A stretch of DNA of 64,000 nt from the NCBI RefSeq assembly GCF_009914755.1, contig NC_060938.1; one strand, given 5' to 3'. Below are positions 36,627 to 64,000 of this stretch, piece after piece. The notes below the pieces were generated by a model. The model was not told the DNA's origin. It saw only the letters and a list, made by a program, of their open reading frames with translations, and did no database searches. The first letter of the stretch is position 1; each line of letters begins with the position of its first letter. This DNA is from the human T2T-CHM13v2.0 reference genome, Homo sapiens. The position numbers and the translations under genes were made by a program.

Positions 36627-38203
36627 AATATATTTTTTTTGTTAAATTTCTTTGTATTTTTTTCCTGCAAGACTTGGTGTTGGCGGCACTGTTGTAGTTT
36701 AACTTCAATCCCAAATTCCATGAAATAGAAATCAGAAGTAAAGGTTGAGAGGGGAGGAAGGAGGGAGGCAAGCCAAGGAATAAACAAGAGTTTGACTAGA
36801 AAAAAAGAAGAGGGTATGTGTGGTGGGCATTCCTGGGCAAGGCCATTCCTTGAGGGAGGGGGTTGGCAGGCAGCTTGCCTCTGCCTCATGCAGGGGAGGG
36901 AGGAAAGATCCCCTGGGGACCCTGCAGTCCCCTCTTCCTAGGGCTTCCTGCTCCCAGGGGAAAAACTAATACCAGAGAGGGATCAGCCACAACCTCAAAC
37001 AGGGCTCTCCACCCACCTGTCACCCGGGTTTGACTCCCACCTCTGCCCTGCCTGGGAAGCATGTGAGATCAGCTATCTTTGATCCCCTCCTTCTGTTGTT
37101 TTCCCATTTCACAAGATTCTGATGTAAAGGGGGAAGGGATATAACCCATTTTGGGACTACTAAACTTGTCACAGCTTCTGCTTCCATGTGAGCTCCTGTT
37201 ATCTTGTCTGGTCCTATCCCCCAGAAGTGCCTCCTCCCACCACAACTCCCAGAGTTGGGATGTGGGGGCCTTGCTCAAGTGCCTCTAACCCTCTGCAGTA
37301 GAAATGTCTTCTTCAGGCCCCTTAGGAATTTAATCAAAGGCCACAAGTGAGTCCAGACCAACCAAATAAACTATTATGGGGGAGACAGAAGGGTGGGAGA
37401 AGTCAGTGGCAAAGTCTGGGCAGGGTGGACTTGACTGCATTGGATATTCTCTGTTCCTTTACACGTTGCTCTTGGCATGGCATGCCACCAGAGGGGGCTG
37501 GAGGAGGGGCTGGCCGATGAGGAGAAAAAGAGGGAAATGCTGGGGAGTTACTCTACTTTTCACTTCCCTTCTCTCCTTCAGGGAAGGATGGAATTGGGCA
37601 GTAACCCAGCTCAGTGCTTGGAGGTAAGATAATAGCCTCCAAGATTAGAGGTGGAGGATGCACCTCCTGCAGCTTTTTCACTAGGCCTCAGAGGGACAGC
37701 AGGCCCCTTAGGCTAGGGAGCCACAGCAGCTCAGCCAGTGCCTTGCCCGACATTCAATCACTCCTTCTTCATTTTCTTCCTCCTCTCCATTCAGCTTCCA
37801 GGAGTCTCCTTAGGACACCAAACCCCCACCCGCAGCGAAGTTGAGGTCTAAAGAAAAGGTGGGAGGGCGTGGAGCAATGGTCTGACTTAGATTTGTGTGT
37901 CTCAGAGAAGACAGCAACTCTGAGAGAGAAAAGCCCTTCATATGTAAACAATCTAGAGAAAGAAGGGGTTGGGATGGGGAAGGGAGTGAGGAATACAGAG
38001 ACAGATCCAGAAGAAATGAGATAATCTGAAAGAAGACAGGGAAAGAAAAAGCGAGAGAAAAAAACAAAGGAGCACAGAAAAGAAAGGAAGAAGAGAAAGA
38101 AAGATAGGAGAAAACACAGCCAGGAAGAGGAGAAGAGAAAAAAGGCAGGTCAAAGGGGTGAAGAGGCACGCAACCAAAGCCAGAACCAGGCCAGGAAGTA
38201 GCC

Positions 38204-46300
<8,097 letters not shown>

Positions 46301-46628
46301 CCCCCTCCTTTGGCAGCATCTTCCAGCAGCCCCCAAGCTTTGGGGGAATGGGGGCTTCCCCCATTTCTGTCTTTGTGGAGCGGGCCCCTCCCAGGACTTG
46401 GGGCCCCAACCCCAAGCGGGAGTCCCAATTCTCCAACCTAGAACCCCGAAGTGTCGAGTGTGGATGGCAGTTTGGGGGTCCTGAGAGGGGGCTGGGCAGA
46501 ATCGTAGGGCACCCGTTTCCCTGGCTGCTGTCAGGACCCCTCTGCCCCGGTTCTTCGGCGTCTCTGGCAAAGGGATGGGGGTGGGGGGTAGAATATGTAG
46601 CGGGGAGATCGGACCAAGGTAGGCAGAC

Positions 46629-46664
46629 GGTTTTTCGGGGGGTTTTTCGGGGGGTTTTTCGGGG
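46629..46664. repeat. Perfect 12-bp tandem repeat (GGTTTTTCGGGG)3 in JPH4 intron 1
   Basis: Three exact copies starting at 46629, 46641 and 46653. Confidence 0.95.
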
Positions 46665-46748
46665 GATGGGGCCCAGGGGAGGCTCTGCAGGGGAAAGGCC
46701 AGGGTGGGGACGGGCAGACAGGCAGAAGGGAGGGGGCAGGCTACTCAC

Positions 46749-47350
46749 CATGTGGGCTGGGGCTCAGGCTGCCTCCCCGGCACAGCATCCATGGCAGGAT
46801 ACCTCCACTCCCACCTCGCCCGGACAAGCCAAGCCCCCTCCCCTTCCGGAGAGACTGCTCCAACCCAGAGAGGAAAGGTGGGGGAGTCCGGAGAGTCCCC
46901 TCTCTCCCCAGCTGGAGGAGCAGGCTGGGTGGGGGGGCGAGGTAGTGGCAAGGGTGGGGGAAGATGAGAATAGTGTAGGGGAAAAAATCTGCCTTGGATG
47001 GAGATAGGGAAGAAGAGCTGGGAGCTGGATGCAAAGGGGGAGGGGGCTCTCAAGAGGGGGTGTTTTTATTATTTTTTTCTTCTTATGGTTGGGAGAGGAA
47101 AAATAAATCAAAATTCCGATTCCATCCCAGCACAAATCAATGTTTGCTCCATCCCAGCATCACGGGGGAGGCTGGGCCAGGCAGATTTAAAGGGGCAGGG
47201 AGAAGAGAAGAGAGAAGAGGGTGGGTAGAGAAGGATACGGTGAAGAAGAGACAGCGGCAGTGTTGCGGGTGGTGGTGGGGTCCCCAAGCAGAAAAGGATG
47301 GGTGTCCGCTAACCCTTCGGTGAGGGAGGAGGCAGGCAGAGAGGAGAAGG
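46749..47350 (-). other. JPH4: Probable non-coding first exon of JPH4
   Basis: Strong donor ATG|gtgagtag at 46749 and acceptor ctctttctccgcag| at 46193. The 5' end is approximate. Confidence 0.6.
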
Positions 47351-49012
47351 AGATGCACTGAGACCCCCAGGGAGGAGAGAAATCCTGGCATGCGGGCTGG
47401 GAGTGGGGCGAGGCGGAGGGGAGGGAAGAGGAGCGAGGGGGAGGAGACTGAGCTGAAGATGGGGAGGCAGGGGGAGGCCGAAGCCGGGCGGGGGAGGAGA
47501 GATGCTGGCGAGGCTGGGAGAGGGTGAGAAGAATACAAAGAAAGAGGTGCAGGGGTGAGCACTAAGGAGGGGGGAGATGCAGCCTGAGAGAGGGGAAGGA
47601 GGGGAGACCCATACTGGGGCTCGGGAGGGATGGCAAGGAGGAGAAAAGCAGGGGAGGAGGGAAGAAGGGGGAAAGAAATAGATATGGAGACTGAGAGAGC
47701 GAAATAAGGCTCCTGAAGGGAGGGAGAAAGCTCTGCAGAGGGAAGGGCAGGCGTGGGTATAGAGATCCAGGCAGGAAGAGCCCAGATAGAGGCAGGAGGG
47801 CCGGAAGTGGTGTTTGTGGGGCCCTAGGGAGAAGGATGAACCTGTCAGCTGCTTGGACTGAAGCCAAAAAGCTTTGGGGCATGGATGCGGGTGTCCACTG
47901 AGTCCACTATCCTCCGGAAGAAAGCACTGGAGGGGGACCAGGAGGCTCACGCTCTTGCACTTTCTGAAGATGCCTGAAATGGGACCCTGCTAGGAACCCT
48001 GGCCCCATCAATGCTTCTCCAGGCCTCCCCATCCTCCATCCCCACCACCCATTTCTCTCTGGGTTGTCCCTCTGAAGGAGAAGGGGGTGTATTGCTTCTG
48101 AATGGGGAGGAGGGCATCATGCTTGGTGATGGCATGAAGATCCCAGGGCTTTAGAATCTTTTCTTTTGCAAATCTAGAGGCAAAGACATATAGACATGTT
48201 TGAGAGGGCCCTTATTATGGCAAGGCCCCCTCTAGCCCACCACCCCTCTGTCCTGTCTGTCCTCTCACCAGAGGGCCAGCACATCCTGACCTTGCTGTTT
48301 ACAGACAGAAGTAGGCACACACTGTCTTCCCTCTCCCCTTAGTTTACTTAGACTCTGCATCTAGTTCTATCCCTGCCTCTAAGCCTTTTTAGGAAGGAGG
48401 ACACTGTGTCCAATTACACACAACAGAGTACATAGTCAAATGCACTAAATTGCCCCTATTTTCATACACAGCTTGGTCCACCACTCCTCCCCCACTGCAT
48501 TCCCATTTTACAGAGAAGAGAACTAAGGCCCAGAGGGGAAGTCATTCACCAGAGGTGAATGACAACAGAACTGGCAGAGCTAGCAGTAGAACACTAGACT
48601 TCAGACCATTTGAGCCCTGTAATTCCTGCCAGGATTCCATGAACTTGGGGACCCTCCCTTAGGCTCAGGGCCTCCATTTTGAGTACTCTGGTAAAATAAA
48701 GAGCATGAGGTTTGGAATAAATAGGGATTTCTCTTGCATCGTGTCTTCCCACAATTTACATGAGGTTGGAGAAATGTAAAATTTAAGCCTCCAGGAAAGG
48801 GACCACATCTTCTAAGTGCTTAGCATAGAACAGGTCAGCTGTGGGTCCACTTGGGGCATGACTGTTGATGGAGAGTTTATTCATTTATTCATTCACTCAT
48901 TTCTCTATTCATCAAGTATCTACATAGTTTACTGTGTACCACCCACATAGCCAGGTGCTAGAGACACAGTGGTGAACACTGTGAGGCCTGCCCTCATGGA
49001 GTTTACTACTGT

Positions 49013-51024
<2,012 letters not shown>

Positions 51025-52222
51025 CTAGGGTGTCAACCTTTCCTTCTCCACACAGAGCCTTGTCCCACTCCACCCCTAAAATTCCCCTTTTCTCCAAGCA
51101 AAAGGGAAAACAAGAAAAGAAAAACCAACCTATGGTCCTGGAACACCCGTGCCTTGTTTCTTAGGGAGAAGAGGTGACAGGGTGTGATGCCTTGTTGGAA
51201 GCTATACTGTATTCTGAGCTGCAAATTAAGTGTAGGGTCCAATGAAGTCCCGAAGAAATCTCTGACAGAAGTACTCCCAGAATGTGGGATGCACAGTCCC
51301 AGCGCCCCCATGTCTCCCTGAGTGAGCCAGCCTTCCAGCCCCTTTCTTTTCTGTCCCTACAGGCTCTACAGTTCCCTCCTTCAGGGCAGGGGCACTTTTT
51401 TTTTTCAGAGAGTGCACTGGTTTGTTTTGCCACAATTTACCAACATTCAGGTGTCAGAGAAACGGGAAGTAATGTTTGAAGGAGCAGCTCTGTGCTAGGA
51501 GCCAGGTACTGTGCTTGGCGCGCAATCTGTATGACCTCATTCCATCCTCACAGCAAAACTGTCACTGTGAGCAGTCCAGGCTGGAGGCCTGGAGCTAGGT
51601 GTCCAAAGATGGTCAGACTTATGTCTGAATTCTGACTCTATCTGCCACCTACTAGTTGGGTGAACCTGAGCATATCACCTAACTTTTCTGAGCTGCAGTT
51701 TGTTTATCTCTAAAATAGGATTATGATAATCTACTCCATGCCTTATTTTGAGGATCAAAATGATCATGTATGAAGTGTAAGTATGCATAATATGTATAAT
51801 ATAGGAGGGAAAACCACTTGGCATAGTGTCCAGCACATAGTGAGTGCCCAGTAAATAATGGCTTGAAAAATAGATTGGCATTATGCCAGTTTTATAGGTG
51901 AGAAATCTGGGACCCAGCAGTTAATTTGCTTAATGTTGCCCAGCTAATAGATGGCAGCCCTTGGAGCTTGATATATATCAGACTCCCAAGTTAATATGCT
52001 TTAACAAATGCAATTTTGGGGGTCCTGTTTATAAAACATGCTCATTGTAGAATAAGAAAATACAGCATATCAAGAATAAAAATTAAAACCACCCCTAGTC
52101 TCACTGTATAACAGTTTAGTATATTTTTATATAGTCTTCTATGTACTTTTAACATAATTAAAAACAGTGCATATACAATTTTGTATCCTACTTATTCACT
52201 TAGTTTTCATTGTAAGCATTTT

Positions 52223-56260
<4,038 letters not shown>

Positions 56261-56397
56261 ACATTGTAAGCATTTTCCATGTCATTAAAACATCCTTGAT
56301 TTTTAAATGGCTATATAATATTCCAGTGTTTGGATGCACAATAATTTGTTTATTTTAGCATAGCACTTTTACATTTTTTTCTATTAAAAATTAACAA

Positions 56398-57013
<616 letters not shown>

Positions 57014-57397
57014 CTCTGATACTTTCTTTAAAAAGTTTTATAAAAAAAAGTTTTATCATGGAACATTTCAAACATGTACCAAAGTAAACAGAATAGAATA
57101 AAGAACCCCCATGTATCTATCACCCAGCTGCAGTAATTCTCACTCTTGTCCAATCTTGTTTTCTCCTCCCTCATTTATTTCAAATTCCAGGTATCATGTT
57201 ATATCAGTCTATTGATTTCTTCAGGCTGGATTCTTAACATAAGGATCTCTGAGTCACAGGATAGAAACATTTTTAAAGATTTTGGCTTTATTTTACCAGC
57301 ATCTCTGCTAGAAAGTTTGTACAAATTTACACCCTCACCAATTGTTCATGAAAGTGCTTGTCTTATTGCACCCTGACCTGCATTGATCTTTAGTTGT

Positions 57398-57425
57398 AAC
57401 ACACACACACACACACACACACACA
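57398..57425. repeat. (CA)n microsatellite
   Basis: Seen directly. Confidence 0.93.
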
Positions 57426-58953
57426 TACGCACAGAGATACACAGATACACAGACAGACACACATTTTTGCCAACTTGATAGGTGAAAAGTGTTTTATACA
57501 GTATACATTTGTTTGATTGATTGCTAGGCTTATATTAAGTAGGCATCTGGTGACTCCAGTGGAGCAAATCCTCCTGAAGGTGCCCTAAACATGCTGGCAC
57601 CTCCTGGGGACCTCAGCTGAGGCCTGTGGGGGTGGAGGTGGGAGGGTACAGCTTTTCATCTGTGCTGGGACCTGGGAGCTTCCCCCTGCCCTTAGAGCGG
57701 GGAGGAGCTTGAAAAGATTTTCCTCCTCATCTCCCGGCAGCCACCAGGGGTCAGGATGGGGCCAGAGATGCTGCTGGTGGGAGAGGGTGAAGATGGCCAG
57801 CTGCCAGACACTGCATTTCCTCTGTCTGGCCACTGCTGGCTGGTTGCACAGCTCCCCTCTGCTTATCAGATCATGATTCCAGAATGTTCTTCATGGCTGG
57901 CCTTCGCTGTCTGACTGTCCCCGCCTCTCACTGCTCCCAGGTTTGGCTTGCTGAAAAGGGAACCTGCTTGACAGATACCACCCTGGACATATAATGGTTT
58001 TGCTTTGTTTCTCTACACATCTCTGTGAGACTGGGTTCACTATGGCACAGGGATTTTTAACCTGAGATCCATGAACTGAAAGACCCAAGGACAGGCCTTA
58101 GGGACTGTAAACCCTCTGAAATTGGGCAAATGGGGTATACATCTCCTTTTTCCCCGTCTGGGGAGAGAACAATAGCTTTGTGAGATTCATGGCCCCCAAA
58201 GTCCAGCATCTTCCGGTACCCCTCCTCCCTCCTTAGCCCATTTGCTTCCTATGATGGCTGCAAAGAGAGAAACTTGCTGTTGGAAACAGGGGGCCTTGGG
58301 AGTCAGGCTAAGGGATTGGACCTTCCTCCTCACCCAATGAAACTGAGAGAAGAACCTGCATTTTCCCTGGGGTGGGATGCACTGGTAAAGGGGAAGTGGG
58401 CAATACTGTCAACCCCTGGGGCAACCATCGGGGCTGTACTGGATCTAGGTACACAGTGAGGTACCCTGCCTCATACTGATGTGCACATGCTTGTGTGCTG
58501 TTAATGACTGGGTCCAGGGAGCAGAGGATGAGGGAAGAAGGCTGATCTCAAGCTAGTGGTCTTGCAGCCTATATCTCTGAGCCCTGGGCAGTGGCATGAG
58601 CAAGATGCCCAAAATGTAGCAAGCAGCCAGGTTACTTTCTGCTGGGGTACTGCTTATTTTGCTTATTTTAGTCTTAATAAAGCAAAGTAAAGTCTTATTT
58701 TGCTACAACTTGATCTAAGTATTAACTCTTGTGCAAGTGTGGGTGGGATGTGCGGTTAGGACTCACGAGACTCTCAGAGCAATGCAGCCTTGCTCTACAG
58801 CAAAAAGAGGAGCTGGGGGCTTGGCGAGGCTGAGGGTCAAGGCCAGAGTTGTCCAGGACATCAGATATGCGGAAAAAACCTGAGCATTACTAAATCCCAT
58901 ACTAGTGCTTCATTTTATCTCACAGTAATGATTTATATTTGTACATAAACTAA

Positions 58954-59762
58954 GGCTGGGCACAGTGGCTCATTCCTGTCATCCCACACTTTGGGAGATG
59001 AAGGTGGAAGGATTGCTCGAGGCCAGGAATTTGAGACCAGCCTGGGCAACATAGTGAGATCCCATCTCTACAAAAAATTTGAGAAAACACTTGCGCTAGG
59101 TGTTTGAGACCAGCCTTGGGAACATGGCAAAACCCCATCTCTACAAAAAAACCCCAAAACTAGCTGGATGTAGTGGTGCATAGCTGAGGTCCCAGCTACT
59201 TGGTAGGCTGAGGTGGGAGGATTGCTTGATTCTGGGAGGCAGAGGTTGCAGTGAGCTGAGATGCGCCATTGCACTCTAGTGAGACTTTGTCTCAAAAAAA
59301 AAAAAAAAAAAAACCAAAACCAAAAAAATTAAAAAAGCTAGCCAGGTGTGGTGGTGTGCCCCTGTAGTCCCAGCTACTCCAGAGGCTGAGGTGGGAGGAT
59401 CACTTAAGCCCCATACTTTGAGGTTGCTCTTTCTCCAAAAAAAAAAAAAAAAAGGCAGGGCAGTGGCTCATGCCTGTAATCCCAGCACTTTGGGAAGCCG
59501 AGGTGGACAGATTACCTGAGGTCAAGAGTTCGAGACCAGCCTGGCCAACATGGTGAAACCCCATCTCTGCTAAAAATACAAAATTAGCCAGGCTAAGGCA
59601 TGGCGGTGCATGCCTGTAATCCCAGCTACTTGGGAGGCTGAGGCTGTGTTTTAGTAGAGGCCATGTTGGCCAGGCTGGTCTCGAACTGCCAACCTCAGGT
59701 GATCTGCCCACCTGGGCTTCCCAAAGTGCTAGGATTACAGGCATGAGCCACTGTGCCCGGCC
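58954..59762. mobile_element. Complex nested and rearranged Alu cluster
   Basis: Several partial plus-strand Alus followed by an inverted left arm. Confidence 0.85.

Positions 59763-64000
<4,238 letters not shown>

Overview
Human (or very close primate) genomic DNA matching the 14q11.2 gene cluster. It holds the 5' part of ZFHX2 (minus strand; coding exons 2-4 plus a non-coding first exon near 19.9-20.3 kb) and complete THTPA (plus, 230 aa), AP1G2 (minus, 21 coding exons, 785 aa) and JPH4 (minus, 5 coding exons, 628 aa). All coding exons were traced by hand through GT-AG sites, and the phases sum to intact reading frames. From about 48.5 kb onward the window is a retroelement block: two convergent LTR12 (ERV9) solo LTRs, L1 fragments and many Alus. 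I found no new multi-gene system. The most unusual items are: (1) a 74-bp, 72/74-identical copy of JPH4 coding exon 3 pasted into a MER33 transposon in the next intron; (2) a decayed tRNA-Met(CAT) gene, antisense, in the THTPA intron; (3) a JPH4 uORF whose ATG is the last 3 nt of exon 1 and which stays open across the whole 555-nt intron 1; (4) an Alu-L1 chimera under one TSD with later nested insertions; (5) a stop-free, in-frame AP1G2 intron 5. Repeat family names and reference comparisons come from memory of consensus sequences and need confirming.
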